Assembly (NCBI GenBank): GCA_013239625.1
Contig: MU055753.1
Coordinates: 4,266,153-4,326,152, forward strand
DNA from: Lama guanicoe
Taxonomy: Eukaryota
Direction of reading: 5' to 3'
Length of the DNA: 60,000 nucleotides
Shown piece by piece: positions 25,738-42,643 of the stretch (position 1 is the first letter of the stretch; each line of letters begins with the position of its first letter). The position numbers and the translations under genes were made by a program. The notes under the pieces were generated by a model. It ran no database searches and had not been told where the DNA came from. It was given only the letters and a program-made list of their open reading frames with translations.

Positions 25738-26635
25738 TAGTTTCCCAACCCAAGTCGTCCTGCCTCCACAGACCGCTGCACGATGGCTCCGGCCCTGGGG
25801 CTGCTGGATGTTTCCCTGGGGCAGGAGGGCATGCAGAGGGGCCAGTGGGAAGATCAAGGAGGTGGGCTGTTTCCAGTTGTTTGCTTTCAGCTAAATTGAG
25901 GGGAGACCTAATTGAGCTATTGACCAACCAATTATTAAAGATAATTTTTGTTGATCACACTATAAACACGTCAGAGCACAGAGGGACCCCCTCCCCATAA
26001 CAGACTCTCCGCCTCTGTCTTCTCAGGTCAGCACCTCTAATGAAAGAGAAAACTAGGAACAGGTTTGAGGTGAACCAGTCTAATGTTACCAATAAGTAAA
26101 AGCAGTGATCACAACACGTGAACTAACCCAATCTGCATTTTCAGTAAAAATTTGCTTTTGATGTTTGACACTCAGTTGTCAAAATGTGGACTATATTTCT
26201 GTTTTGGCCATTGATGTGCTAATTAATAACAATCTAGAAGTTTTGTTTTTTTAAAACATTCTCTTTTATGTTGGTGACTTTTTCACAGGAAATTTTTAAA
26301 AGTTCAGTTTAAGTCTGTATTTTTTTTGTTTAGATAATTTATTAGAAAAGATGAATGAAAGACTCTGTATCATAGAAGTAAACTGCATTAGCATCAGTGT
26401 GCGAGGGAAGGAGTGGGTGAGGTACTTGGTCCTGAGGCAGAAGTGGGTCTGTTGCCTGTGGGAGGGGCTTCAGGGTGGCTGGTGAAATGGTTTGTCCTTG
26501 CGGTGCCTGTGGCTCCAGGGTCAGGTGGGCCCAGTAGTGATAGATGAGTACAAATATTCTACACAGAGATGGTCCAGCTGATCAGTGGGAAAGGTCCTGA
26601 TGTTTGGTTTAAAGTCACTTAAAATTTTTTTTTAA

Positions 26636-26812
<177 letters not shown>

Positions 26813-29800
26813 TGAGACAGGTGTACCTCCTCCTACTGGGCCTCAGTCCTGGGTCTCGCTACCTGAGTGCTGTTGGCCAGTGGGACTCCCCTTACTGGGT
26901 GCTGTGTTCCTGTTGTGCCCTGAGGTTGGGGAGAGGACGGGGACCTGCCAGCCCCTTGCTGAGTGGTGTGTGCCTGGCTGGGGTTGTCACCTTTGGGCCT
27001 CTCTTTAACCAGAAAAGGAACCTGTGTAAAGTTATACACGGGAGCCTGAAAGTGCTTCTGAAGCCTGCAGTGCAAGGGGAGGTGAGTGTGAGGTCGTGCC
27101 CTGTCCCAAGTCCACCTTCATTCAGCTTGTGTCACTGTCACCACTTCACCCTTGAGCAAACTGAGGCTCAGGGTGAAGCTGGGGTTGGCCCTGCTCCCCC
27201 TGCTCTGGGATCTTGGGGGTTTGGGGACCTGAGCGTGTGAGGACAGTGGGCGTTAGAGACAAGTGGGCACCTCATGGTCCTGTTTGTATTAGTGGCTCAG
27301 CACCAACTCTAAACTTGGACAAGCAGAGCACGTCTTTTCTTTTTAAGAGTTGTCCGTGTAGCTCTGACCATTGCTCCCTGGGTACATGGCAGGGATAGGG
27401 TTGGGGGCTGTGGCCCAAGTGACAGCCGGCCTGGCCCTCTGCCCTTCCTTGCACCTGGCCTGGGGATTCACTAGGGGCCATTCACGGCTGAGGGGACCTT
27501 GCAACACTAGGCACATAGCTGGACAGACGTTGCACAGGTGAGCAGGTGCAGGCCTCTTTCGTCCGCTCTTTCTTTTCCACATTCTCTCGCCTTCCCTGCC
27601 CCGGCCTTCTCAGGGCTTCACTCTGTCCGTCCAGGTGGACCTGCACTCCCTGCTGGAGAGGGGCCTGATCTGAGAGCTATGGACGTGATGGGTTTTCCAG
27701 ATCCTTTCCTTTTTTTATGTTAGTATCTTCTCTGATTTCACCAATCATGAGTTTATAATAGACTATTAGGAAATGTAGAAAAGTATAAAGGAAATAAAAT
27801 CATCTATAATCCCACAGCCAGTGATAATCACTATGACGCTTTGGTAATTTTCCTTTTTCTCTTTTTTTTTTAAAAACTCGTGCTTTTGGAAAGGTCACCT
27901 GTCCTTCGAGTCTGAAAGTCAATGCGTCAAGTTTCTTCCCGCTGCACCCCTACCGGGTTCCCTTCCTGGAGGCGGGATGCGTGTGCCAGGCAGCCACGTA
28001 CCATGTGTCACCTTCACAAGCTGAAGGTCCGTGTGGGCAGACCTGGCTGGCTTTCTCCCTTTCACAGTGGGGACACACTGCCTGCATGATTTGCCCTTAC
28101 TCCCTCAGTTTAGCATGCAGCTTAGACTTCTGTCTGTACTGGGAAGGGAGAACAGACTTCTTTTACATGCTCCACGGTTGGCCTGCCCCTCCCTGGGGCA
28201 TCAGTTGGCTCCAGCTCTTGCTACTGTAAGACATGCTGCTCAACCACACACGTGTCATTTTGTGTGAGTGCCCGTACACGTGTGAGATAAATTCCTAGAA
28301 GTGGAGTCCTGGGCTTAGTAGGGAAAATGTGCTTGTGATGTCGGTACGTTTCCCTCTGTAGCTCAGTCTGCACTCCCCTCAGCAGCAATGAGTTCTGCCC
28401 ACACTCTGCGAGCTTTCAGGTTTTACCCACTGCAGTGGGTGGACAGTCAGTGCAGCTTTATCTGAATGCAGTTGTGCGTATCCTCACATGCATCCGTGAG
28501 CGCTCTGCTCAGACCCCTCACCGGTTCTCTGTTGGGAGGGTTAGGTGCCTCTGTGTAGGGGGAGAGCTGTGCTTTGTGATACACGGTATAGTCAGGGATT
28601 CCAGGTCTTCATCTTGGTGACCCCTGGGTATTAGAGGACCTCCAGAGCAATGTGAAACATCCTTTGTTGTGTGGTTGTCTTGGCTTGTGGTCCCTCCTAC
28701 TCTGGAGAACTCTCAGTGAAGCCTTGACTATTAACCCAGTACAGACTTGTAGCCTGACCCTGTCTTTTTATCCCATGTGATCACGTTGACGTTCTTCTGT
28801 AGTAAGAGAATTGCTGCCCTCAGGTCTTGGGTTGACTGGTATCAGAAATCCTTTCCTTGGGAATTGTTGCTTTTTTTCTGCTTGGGAATTTGATGCCTCA
28901 ACTCAGACTACAGGCACCATTCAGGCCACCTTGGAGCTAAAATAAAAAGCAAACCAGGACCAGATTCTATGATTCTGAGTAAAGAATGAACTGTGATTTC
29001 TTAGGTTTAAATTGTGTTGGAAAGTTGGAGAGAATGAGACCCTGGAGAGTTTACTTCCTTCATTATCTGCTGGGCCTGCAGCCGCCCAGAGCTTGGGACC
29101 GCCCAGTGCTCTCTCATGGCACCAGTTTCAAGGACAGGAATCAGAGTTCTTGGCAAAAACAGCTTCCAGGGTCCACCATTCAGCACTTAGCTTCCTGCCA
29201 AAGCCCAAGTGTTCTGCTGTGTCAGTTTCCTCCAGGCGATCCCCCACCTCTCCCTTCCTATTCCTAGTCCCCACTCTGACCGGTCCTGGGTCCTGGGTTC
29301 CAGGTCTCGCTCCAGGGAAGCCACCGATGCTTCTCCAGCAGGAGTCCCAGGGGCAGCAGTGTCCTTCCTATACCCTGTCCCAGCCTAGCAGCAACGACTC
29401 TGAGACTGCCCGGGAGCCCTGGTCTGTGGCCTTGCCTCTGACCCATGAGGTCCACGTTGGCCTCGAGGGTCTGGCCTGACCCTCTTCTGAGTGGGCTGCA
29501 CCTTGGAGCTAAGCAGGGAGCTGAGTTGACATTACTGATAAAGTGCAATAGAACACGGAGCTGCTTCCTTGTGGTGGAGACGTACTGACAGGTCCCTGGG
29601 AAGGCTTTTTCTCAGAACAGAAGTGAGAGATCAAGGGTGAGGTGGGGCTTTTCAAGGGAATGGTTCTGAAATGGCTGTTTTAATTAAAATCCAGGTTACG
29701 GTGTGGCTGAGGGGCCTGGTGGCCTCATGCCCTAGGACCTATGTGACTGAATATAGGCTGGCAGTGTGAGTCCCTTGGGAGGCTGCCTCAACTTTCCCAG

Positions 29801-30439
29801 CACCCGTGTCTCCCTGTGCAGCTTGGTGACTTGAATGACAGCCTCCCAGGAAGTCAGGGATGTCCTCTCACTCTGTAACATGGCCCCTGTGCTCGCTGTG
29901 TGGTCAGAAGAATGGGTAAGGAGTAAGTAGGAGTCACATAGGTATGGGGTCCACAGGGCCTGAAGAAGTGTTTGTTAAAGTGGTTCTCAGAGTTAACAAT
30001 GCTCAGAGCCTGGGGGTGGCTGCCCAGGGCCTGGCCAGGTGGATGGTGTTGGGTGTGCTGGGGGCTCTACACCCGCTCATTGCTGCCTCACCCCACAGCC
30101 TGTCCAGAGCAGGGGTGGTCACACAGACACTTCCAGGAAAATCTGAGGAATTTTAATCCCTGTTTCCATGACATGCACCTGCATATAAACTTTAGTTTGA
30201 AATTTCCAGGTTGGCCTTTTGGGCCCACCCAGACCTCTAGGATCCTGTGCAGAGTCCCACTGTACGTAGTAGGGAGCCTGGCTGTGTTTGGGACGAGAGG
30301 GAGCAGAGGGTGCAGGGCTGGCTTTGAAGGTCTCTGGCCTGGGGCAGGGAGAGGGTGACCAGTACGAGAGCAAAGGAGGACATTAGGTTCAGAACTGAAA
30401 TCCTCTCTCAGAAACTAAGGTGGAAGGCAGTGGGATGAG

Positions 30440-30660
30440 CTCGTGCACAGCCCCACCTGGGGGTGAGAGATAAGAGCTTGTTTTCAGGGCCGTGTGTAGC
30501 CTTGTGCTCTGTCATCCCTCAGGGCTTGGGCTCTGGAGGAGCATCTATCTTGAGTCGCAGGCAGGGTGGGGCTTGCCCATCTGGCCCAGAGCTGTGTGAG
30601 GGTCTGGATAAGCCTCCCCCCAGGGGCAGTGTTTTTCCTCCAGTGTCCCCAGACCAAGCT
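30440..30660. promoter_or_regulatory. Candidate alpha-globin enhancer MCS-R1 (HS-48 equivalent)
   Basis: E-box CACCTG (30454-30459)-N8-AGATAA (30468-30473) TAL1/GATA1 composite, NF-E2-like TGCTCTGTCAT (about 30504-30514), CTATCT 30545-30550, GGGTGGG 30564-30570, GGATAA 30606-30611; syntenic intron. Confidence 0.75.
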
Positions 30661-33600
30661 GTCAACTGCCTTGCAGATGGAAGTGCAAGCTTGTAGGAGC
30701 CTTTTTGGGCCTGGCCTGCTAGAGTCTCATCTTAAAAACAAGGACAAACCGTTCTCTCTCCTTCTCCAGACAGACTTGAGTACAGCTCCAAGCTCCCCTC
30801 TTGCTGTGGGAGGTTTACAGGGCATCACCCTCCTGTGCAGCACCCTCCCTCCTGGCTTGTTCCAGGGTGTTCCAGGGGTTCGCCTGGGCCTGCAGCTGGC
30901 CCTCGGGTGCTGTGGGGGTGCCCTTGGGGTCTGTACCTGCAGAGCTGGGTTGGTTTATAAGGAGGCGCCAGCCTCAGTGCCACGTGCCCCATAGGAGGAG
31001 GTGACCGATGTTGGGAAGGTGGAGTGAAGTCCTCTGGAAACTAGGGAACCGCATAGGCGTGTCTTCCCCCACAGAAGGGGGCCCCACACCAGCGTGTGCA
31101 CCAGACCACGTGGCCAGGGCTCTGGGGACAGATGGTGTGATGGAGAGCCCACACAGGCCTCACCTCCTTGTTTCCCCCTTACCCACATCAGGCCCTTGCT
31201 GTTGACTGTCCGTGAGGCCCATCCGCAGCACACACCCCCACCCCACATCCTCCTCTACTGCCCCTCTTCTTATGGCTCCCCAGCGTCTTATGTTCACATG
31301 CACTCTGCTTACCATTCCCTGTGTCTTTCTCGGCACTGCCGAGTGGGAGCCACCCAAGTACAGGTGTAAGTTGTACCACGAGAGCCTGAACCAGAGCTGG
31401 AGCCTCCGCTCATACCAGGGGCTAGACGGCTTGCCCACAGCATCACTGGGCTCCTGAAGGGGCAGAAACAGCGACATTTGAAATGAAGGGAATCTCGGTG
31501 TTTCCTTCTGACTCTGTGCTATTCCAACAGTTGCTTTGAGCCATGTCTCACAGAGGACAGCTCAGAAGTAGAAAGACCTTGACTTTCAATCCACCAGCCT
31601 TTCTGAGCAGATGTAAAGTGAAATGGAGGAGGGACTGGCGCTGTTGGCCCCAGGTTTCCTCCTCCTCTACTTCCCTTCCTTAGTCGGGTGCTCAGAGCGT
31701 AAAAATTGCTCCATCAGGTGGAGCAATTAACCAGGGTCCCGTGGGCAAATCTGTTGTGGCATGACCTTTGATGACTTAAGCGCCAGTTTCTCTGGGTTTG
31801 GTGTGAGCTGTCCACCCTGCAGAGACCCTTGGCCAAGGAGAAGGGTGGCTTTGGGAGCTCCATCTGCTCAGATGTACTTGCTTTGCACCCAGTCCTGGGA
31901 GAAGCCAAGAGCAATGTCCTTTGGTAGGACCTGGGGAAAGACCCGGGGTCTCGTCCCCAAATTGTGACCCTCACCAAACCTGATCATGGGCTTCACCCTG
32001 AGGGGCTGTGGCATCAGCAACAACCCAACCTTTGTCTTCCAGACTCAGCCACAGCCTGCAGTCCCACCCCTGCAGCCTGGGGCGTTAGACTGTCCCTCAG
32101 CGGGGCTCCTCAGGGGCGCAGAGACCTGAGAGAGTGGCCTGGTTCTCCCAGCGCCCTGGTGGAGGGACAGGCAGAGGGAGCAGACACTGGTGTTGGCAGG
32201 AGTTTAAGCAGTAGTTGAGGCCACAGATGTGCTGTATTCTTGTGCTTTCTCTCCCCATCACCCGTTCCCTGCTCAACACAGTGAAGACTTATTTTTACAT
32301 TTGACACTGCTCACTGTAGATTCTGTGAGCCCTCTGGGTGGTCCTGTGGGAACTGCTTGGAGTTTCAGGACAGAGGCCATAGGAAAGGCCTGTGGGTGCA
32401 GAGTGAGGCCCACAGGGCTGCCTCCCAATACCATGCATTGGTATACCTGGTGCTCTGAGGCCTGGATGAGGCGGCAGCTCCACCCAGCCTCCCTGGGCCT
32501 CGGCCTGCCCACACTAGGTTGGGGCCAGCCAACTGGGAATAGCAGAGTGGAACGGGCACGTGATAGGGCACCCAAGGGCAGAGCTGGGTCAGGGCATGCT
32601 GGGCCTTGACTGGGGCGCAGATCCCCCACCCTCCTCTGCTCCAGCAGCTCCTCCACGTTGACACTGGGGGCTCTGGGCACTAAGCACCAGGGCTGTGCCA
32701 CCAGCCCGTGGCTCCAGCTTTGTGTGTGGTCCCCCATGCAGGGCCACTAGGAGCCCATTCTGTGGGCAGGGGCGTCCTGAGAGGTTGTCCACACTGAGTG
32801 GGCAGCATTCCTTGGGCCCTTTCTTCTCTCATTGAAAAAATGCTGATTGGTGCCCCCATACCCTACCCTTTACCAGCCATGCAGTGAGCAGCACACTTTG
32901 TGACTGATTCTGGTCAGGAAACAGCATTAACCAGCAGGCAAGTGGTCGTCTGGTTGTCCAGTACGAAGGACACACGTGAACAGTTAACAGCCTGTGAGGA
33001 CAGGGCTGGGGTCAGGGTTCACCCCACTGAGGTCTGAAAGCAGGAAGGAACCTTGGAATAGCTGAGGACAAGCTTGTGGCTGAGGGCAAGTAAGGGCCCT
33101 GAGGACAGCAGCGTGGCCTGTCCAGCTGGACTCAGTGGGGTTAGGAAATGAGGTTGGAGAAAAGCAGGCAGATCACACAAGGCTCCTCGCATTTTGGGAT
33201 CTTGGCTGGGACTTCTGAGGTGGGAGCCGTGGGCATCTGAGTGGAGAGGGTGGATGGAGGGATTGGAGCTGAGATGGTCTAGGCTTTGTATGTCCCTCTG
33301 GTGAAGCAGACAGGATTATGGGTGGTTTGAGGTTGGACGTGAGACACGAGGGTCGGGCTTGTGTGGTTGGGCCTGAGCAAGGTTAGGGCCTGAAAGAACC
33401 AGCGTGCCGTCACCAGGGCGAGGAGCAGAGTGTTTGAGCCCAGGCTGCCATGGGTGGCCACATGGAGCCCCTAGTGGCTGCTGCTGCCATCTGTGTGCTC
33501 CTCTCTGGCAGAATGTTCTGGGGGCCTTTTTGGAGTCAGATCCTGCCCTGCCTGGCTGACCACCTGTGTCCGGGCCTTCATCAGGTGTGCAGGGGCCCCT

Positions 33601-33884
33601 GCCCTGTGCAGAGGCCTTAGAACACCCGGGACAGAGATGAAGGAGGTTTCCCTTGAGCCCTGGCACACTGGTTGGACCATAGATTCCAAGGCTAGCCAGA
33701 AATACAAATTATGTGTATGTTTGTGTTACATTTTTTCTCTTAAAACATACTGAGATCTGGAAGGATGCTTTCTTGCCCTGGAAGTCCCCACCTGCGGCGT
33801 TCTCTATGTGCTGGGAGGGAGCACCCTCAGTGGGGTTCTGTGCTGTCTGTGTGTGTGGTTAGAAGTTGCTGTGTGGACAGCTGA

Positions 33885-34040
<156 letters not shown>

Positions 34041-34659
34041 TGAGTGCCTGCCACCGCCTGCACACACGCCCTGCAGGGCCCCTCTTTTCTGCCTGAGATT
34101 TATCAAGGGCTTGGTTCCCAAAATTGTCTTTTCCTCTTCCTGCCACGGAAATCAGTTAGGGCTGTACTCTTTATAGAGTAAAAACACATGTTTTTGTGTC
34201 CAGTTTTGTCCAGAGATGACCAACCCCAGGTTTCCCCTGGGCCCTCTCAGCACGACCTTGGTAAGTGGGGCTCTGCTCGACGTCCCAGCCTCGGGCCTGG
34301 GGAGGGCTGTGGGGCTGAGCCATCACAGCCGGACATTGACCACCAGCAGGACTGTGTCTCATGGTGTTACTCACCGGATCTCCTGCACTTGAATCAGAGC
34401 TCATGGGATCTCAGTTTCTTAGTTTAACTGATTTCCTGCAAGGAAAGAGTGGAGCCCTCTGTTTCCTTAGATGTTTTTTAACTAAAAAAAGAAATCTGGG
34501 CACATTACAGAAAACTTTGAGATGACAGAAAGCAATGCACTGCGTCACCCAGGCCCGTGTGCCAAGTCCCTGTCTTTCCTCTTGGGCTCCTTGCTCAGTA
34601 TATTTTTAGGTAGTTCTAGTCATAGTCTACGGTGAGGGTTTTGCTTTTCCCATGTTTAG

Positions 34660-35379
<720 letters not shown>

Positions 35380-35736
35380 TGAGGCTGTCCCGGTGCCAGG
35401 TGACTGGGCTGCACAGAACCAGATGTCAGGGCTGGGTGCTTGTGGGGTTGAGCAGGCTACCCTACCGGTGGCCTTGACTACCCTGTCTGCGTGGGTGTAT
35501 GTGTGTGTCTGTGTGTGGGTGCACTTGCACTTGGGCTTGTGTTCTGCATGGGGCCACCCCCTTTCTGAACCCCGTCCTTGTGGGCTGCCTCCCTCAGCCC
35601 TGGCTGTGGGTCTGGTTGGAGGCTGGACAGGGGCCAAGGGTGTGAAAGCCGCAGGGAGAAGTTAGAGGCCTAGGGCAAGAGGTTTTATAAGTGACAGCCT
35701 GAGGATTGACCCAGGGTCTGGAACACAGACACTGGG

Positions 35737-35755
35737 TGGCCGCTAGAGGGCAGCA
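35737..35755 (+). promoter_or_regulatory. CTCF motif (forward)
   Basis: TGGCCGCTAGAGGGCAGCA. Confidence 0.75.
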
Positions 35756-36923
35756 GGTCTTGGCTCAGAGACCAGCAGCTCCCACAGAGGCCCAAGGGCG
35801 GAGCTTTCCCAGGCCAGCCAGCCTGCCTGGGCCCTCAAGGGAGCCCTTGGCCTCTGCTCTTTAGCAAAGGGAGCTTATCCCCTAGGCCTGACTCTCAGGC
35901 CATTTTTTCCCAGAGCAGCCTTTTTGGATCCTGTCATCCAGAATAAGCCCTTCCCCCATCCCTACCCCATGACCTCTGTCCACTCCCCTGGGAGTGTTTA
36001 TCAGACTCTGCCTTGCTGGTTCATGTGGGCCCCCGGCCTGGATGGCACCCAGCGAGGACCATGTCCTGCTTGCCTTCATAGTGTCCACGGCACACAGAAC
36101 CTCAGACATGCGCACCGCTCCGCATGTACCACCGAACTTGTGACTGGTACTGGCCAGTCGGCCAATGCCTGTGGGTGTCTGCTGTTCTGGAAGGGGCTGG
36201 CCCTCCCTGTCAGCTGAGGCTGCCTGGCATGGCATCTGCCGGGACGCTGTGCCTCACCCCTGCTGTCAGTCTCCTTGGACAAAGACAAAGCTCTGATGAT
36301 GGCCCCGGCCTTTCCAGGGAGACTTGCCGGTACCTCCATGCCCCTCCCCACTGAACCCAGTGCCAGTCAGGTTTGCTGCTGGCTTGGGTGTGTAGAAGCC
36401 TCCCCAGCCTCTGGGACAGCTGCTTCCTGCCACAGACAATTTAAAATTATTCATGTTGCATCCCAGGCAAAGAGGCTGTACCAGCAAGTATACTGGGGCT
36501 TTTTTTGTCATGATAAAACTAGTATGGTCTTTCTCATAAAAATTCAAATGTCACAGAAATTATAGACATGAAAAGAGAAAGTCCCCACAAGCCCATATCC
36601 CAGAGGTAACCACTGTAGATTCCTCCAGGTTTTTTATATACACGCGAACACAAAACCTTTGATTAACAAATTTAAGATCACGCTGTACGTTACCTGGGAT
36701 TGGGTGAACTTCGCACATGAGGGCAATGATCCTGGACGGGCTGCGTGGGCCCTTGTAAGAGGGAATCAGAGGGGGATTTGGCTGCAGAAGAGGCTTGAAT
36801 GTGACCCTGGAGACAGAGGTTGGAGGTGTGGCCACCAAGGAGGTACAGCTTGAAGAAGCAAAGAACGGTCTCCCCTCTGCCAACACTTTTGACTCTAGCC
36901 TTGGGGTACTGGCTTCAGACCTC

Positions 36924-36942
36924 TGGCCTCCAGAGGGCGCTC
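36924..36942 (+). promoter_or_regulatory. CTCF motif (forward)
   Basis: TGGCCTCCAGAGGGCGCTC. Confidence 0.7.
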
Positions 36943-37497
36943 TGTCTGCAGGGAGAGGTGGCAGAGATGGAGGGACTTGGATGTGTGTCTTTAGGCGATT
37001 GTCAGCAGGACTTGAGATAAGAGGGAAGAGGGTCAGCGGTGCTGTTCGAGGCCCTATTTGCTGGGAAGAGGCAGAGGGGTCCTTGGCACTGTCACAGGTG
37101 ATGCGTGCACCCCCCCCTTGGAGGCATCTGGCAATGGTGGTGCAGGGTGAGCGGTGCTTGTGCCATGTTCACAGACCTGGCCCCCCCTCCTGGCGTTGTG
37201 GTCTGTCTGTGGCCCATCCTGATGCCTGAGAGTCCAGGAGAGCAGGACAGTGGGCTGTTCTCCAGGGATGAGTGTGTGGGGCAGGGGCAGGTGCAGTGAC
37301 CCTACATCCATTGTCATGTGGAAACCCGTCTCCACGCTGGGTGCCTGGTGGGCATAGGAGCTGGCCTCTGCCGGGATGTCCAGCCAACCCCCTGCTCAGC
37401 TGAGCTGACCACGTGATCTTGGCTGTCCCCACCATCGCTGTGCTCATGCTGGCCTGGATAGCACAGGGACCGGTGATAGAAAGGCTTGTTGCTGTGA

Positions 37498-37662
<165 letters not shown>

Positions 37663-37964
37663 TGAGTCCCTCGGGCTGCCAGAGCCCAGGGTCCCCGGGA
37701 GGGCAGGGGGTGCTCCCTGGGTCATTCAGGCCCATGTTCCAGGTCGGGCCAGGTCCAGCCCTGCACGACTCTCCCTAGGCCTGTGCTCTTCCTCTAGCAC
37801 ATGCAGCCTCCAGGTAGGGTCTGCAACTGCCCATGTGTACTGGCCAGTAGGCACTGGATGGGGCACTTGCTGGGAGGTCGGGAGCCTTGGCCTTGACTTG
37901 GGGGCTATGAGGGGCTGCATTGCGGGGAAAGCACCAGGGTTCTGTCCTCATTGCACGTACCGTG

Positions 37965-37983
37965 CTGCACCCCCTGCTGTCCA
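37965..37983 (-). promoter_or_regulatory. CTCF motif (reverse, weaker)
   Basis: Reverse complement TGGACAGCAGGGGGTGCAG. Confidence 0.5.
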
Positions 37984-38070
37984 CCATGGGCTCATGGCGA
38001 GGGTACAGATGCCATGAACACAGTGGGGAGGTCTCCTGGGCTCGTGGACACCTTGCCCACCTGTCCCCAG

Positions 38071-38200
38071 GTACTCCCCACTGGCTGAGCAGTTCTCCCG
38101 CCAGTTCCCGTCTCATGACCTGCCGTCCGTCCTTGCTAAGTTCTCCTTGCCGGTGTCCTTGTCAGAATTTAGGAATCCCCTCGCCCCTCCTGTGCAGGAG
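38071..38200 (+). CDS. NPRL3: NPRL3 coding exon 10
   Basis: [43 protein letters not shown]. Confidence 0.97.
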
Positions 38201-39300
38201 GTGAGTCTCAGGTGCTCAGGGAGCCACCTGGTTTGGTCCCTGATCCAGGGCCCTCAGTGCTGCTGTGCCCTTAGCCTGGGCTTGAGGGGAGGTGCTTGCT
38301 GTGTGGGTGGTACAGGCCCAGCCAGGGTGACCAGGAGCCCAGCTAGGCTACCTGCAGGCACTTGAGCAACAGTCCAAGTCCTTCCTACCCCCGTGCACCC
38401 ATGGAGCCCACCCTGCGCAGGGTGGGCAGATCTTAGGGTTAGAACCAAGTTAAGAGGCCTAGTTGGCGGGAGATCAGTGACCTTTCCTGGGAGGACAGAG
38501 CCACCTGGTACCCTCTTATGGGCCTGGGGTCCCAGAGTTGGGGGACTCAGAGATGATTTTGTTCGGGCCCTGCCCTCTGCCTCCCTCTCCTACCTGCCAT
38601 GGTCCAGGTGGCCACAGGGTCTGTGGATGTGTCTTGGGCTCACTGGTCCCCAGAATCTCCTCATCCAAGAGGACCTGGACAGGACAGGCCCAGGTAAAGG
38701 GCAGGCAGGGGTGCTGGGTGTGGTGGGGCGGCTTCAGGGTGGGAGAGGCATGTGGAATGAACTGGTGAGCTCTGTGTCCATGGCTGGGTTGAGTGCCCCC
38801 TCCCCTCTGCCGCAAGCCTGGGGCCCTGGGCAGGGCCCAGTGGGCCAAGTGTCAGAGATGGGGCTGGGTGTTATCCAGGCTCTGTCTTCAAAAGTAAAAT
38901 ATTTGCCTTAACAAATGCTGAATCTGTTAGGCAAAACCATTCCTTAAGGAGAGCAAACCCTTTCCTTTCTCAACCTGTGAATGAGGTAGGAATCATTTGC
39001 TCAGTTCACTTCAGTGCCGAGCGTGACTGTTGTAAATGCTGTCTTTCCCGGCACCTTCGGTTCTCAGGAACTGTGCCAGGCTGTGCCGGCTGAATAAGAA
39101 ACACACTTTGCATGTGCACTGCCTCCTCCTGCCCCCAGCAGAAACTTCCCCACAGGCCCGATGGCAGGTGGCTTTTGTAGGCTGAGCCCGAGGGTCCCAG
39201 ATGGAGCTGGTTCTGGTTCTGTTCAGTCCCAGACTGAGGCCACCTGCCCCCAACACCTGCTTCAGGCCTAGAATGTACTCACTGTGCTGCTTCATTTCTT

Positions 39301-39364
39301 TTTTTTGTTTGTTTTTTAATCTTTTTATTTTATTATTTTTATTTTTTGAGGGGGGTATTTAGGT

Positions 39365-39396
<32 letters not shown>

Positions 39397-39486
39397 TTTA
39401 TTTACTTAGTGGAGGTACTGGGGATTGAACCCGGGACCTCGTGCATGCTAAGCATGCACTCTACCAATTGAGCTATCCCCTTCCCC
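39301..39486 (-). mobile_element. Young full-length tRNA-derived SINE (Vic-1-like)
   Basis: Intact A/B boxes, (TTTA)n and a poly-T tail; perfect direct repeat ctcactgtgctgcttcatttctt at 39278-39300 and 39487-39509. Confidence 0.93.
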
Positions 39487-40143
39487 CTCACTGTGCTGCT
39501 TCATTTCTTGATTGAAATTATTTTACAATTCTGGGTTTGATTTTGTGTGACCGGCCCATGTTAACCCTATTTCCACGGGTGGTCAGCCGGGACACCGGGG
39601 AGGAGCAGGTGGGTGTGTGTGTCTGGGAACATGGACGTCGTATGCACATACCTCCCTGTAACCGGGCCCAGGGCTCCTCCCACACAGGCCTCCTTGCTGC
39701 TCCTGGTCAGCCCCAGCCCCATGGAGCGTGGACTCAGCACCTAGTATCTGCACACCTCAGCAGGGCTCTCTGCCCCGGGCAGGCTTTCAGGTTGACCCAG
39801 GGGAGGATTTCCTGCTTTCAGGGCAGCTGTCCACAGCTTCTTTCTGTGGCAGGGATGGGGCTCCACAGAGCCCAGTGGGGAGATAAGGCAGAGCAGGACC
39901 TCCACGTCACAGGGCTCCCGGGCAAGAAAGGCCAGACATGGGGCAGCTTGGGTGTGATGGCAGCCGTGGCAAAGGTGGCCCCGCTGCCTCCCCAGATGGG
40001 AGTTGGGTTTGCGAAGCCAGATGGCGGCTGGGAGCTCCCTGTCTGAGGTGTCAGGCCTCACCCTGACCTCCGGGGTGACACTCAGGTTATGTTTCGGGCC
40101 ATGGCTCCCTCCTGGCCTGGGCCTCATGCTGCCCGTCCTGCAG

Positions 40144-40333
40144 ACCCAGCTCATCCAGATGGTGGTGTGGATGCTGCAGCACAGGCTCCTCGTCCAGCTG
40201 CACACATACGTCTGCCTGATGGCCTCGCCCAGTGAGGACGAGCCCCGCCCCCGGGAGGATGATGTCCCCTTCACCACCAGGGTTGGCGGCCGCAGCCTCA
40301 GCACACCCAACGCCCTCAGCTTCGGCTCCCCAA
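40144..40333 (+). CDS. NPRL3: NPRL3 coding exon 11
   Basis: [63 protein letters not shown]. Confidence 0.97.
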
Positions 40334-40488
40334 GTAGGACCCCCTGCCAGGGCATCTGTCATGGGGTAGGGGGTGAGCACTTGGGAGAGGCGGGCAGCTA
40401 GGAGGCCCGACTTGGGTGCTGCAGGGGGTGACCGTGGCACCTTCACGGCTGCACCAGCCCTAAGCACACTCACCTGCCCCTTCTGTGA

Positions 40489-42022
<1,534 letters not shown>

Positions 42023-42624
42023 GCCCGAGCTGAGGATGGGGCAGACGGGCTGCTGCCGTGGGCAGGGGTGCTGGCCTGTCCCCTCCCCATGCGGCCACTG
42101 CCCTCTGCATCCTCAGTTTGATCCAGTCCTCGAAACAGACTCCACGTCTGAGCTGAGAGGGAGAGGCTGGAGATGGAGGGAGCATCCAGGACTCAGGCCT
42201 CCGAGTGAGACCTGCGTGCTTCCCACACAGGCTCAGGCCTGAGTTCTCTCAGAGCCCCCTCCCCACCCTGCTGGTCCAGAGTGTGAGGCCTGAGTGCCCA
42301 GCCCAGACCTCACCACTGTCCTGCATTAGCCACCAGGAGGCTATGGCCAGGCTGTCACCCCACAACACACCCCACTCAGCCGCCACCTGAGGCACAAGGA
42401 CCTGGGCTGATGATGTGCTGCAGCTGGTGAGGGCCTGCTGAACGTGCTTCCTTGGGGTAGGGGCAGGAAGCTGCTCCGCACTGGTGCTTCTGGTCCTCCT
42501 GTGCCCAGGGCAGCCTCTCAAGACACCTGCTGCACGCGTAGACCCGGGTCCTACCACGGAGGAAGAGCTGACTACCAAGGGGCTCTGGCTGAGACACAAG
42601 TGACAGTTTTCTGGAAACAATGCA

Positions 42625-42630
42625 TTTATT
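42625..42630 (-). terminator. Probable MPG polyadenylation signal AATAAA
   Basis: tttatt on plus, 45 nt beyond the MPG stop codon. Confidence 0.8.
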
Positions 42631-42643
42631 TTGTTTTTAAACA

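Noticed and set aside
25990..26400. AT-rich island within GC-rich intron
   Set aside because: Probably a decayed transposon; I could not assign a family, ORF or RNA structure.
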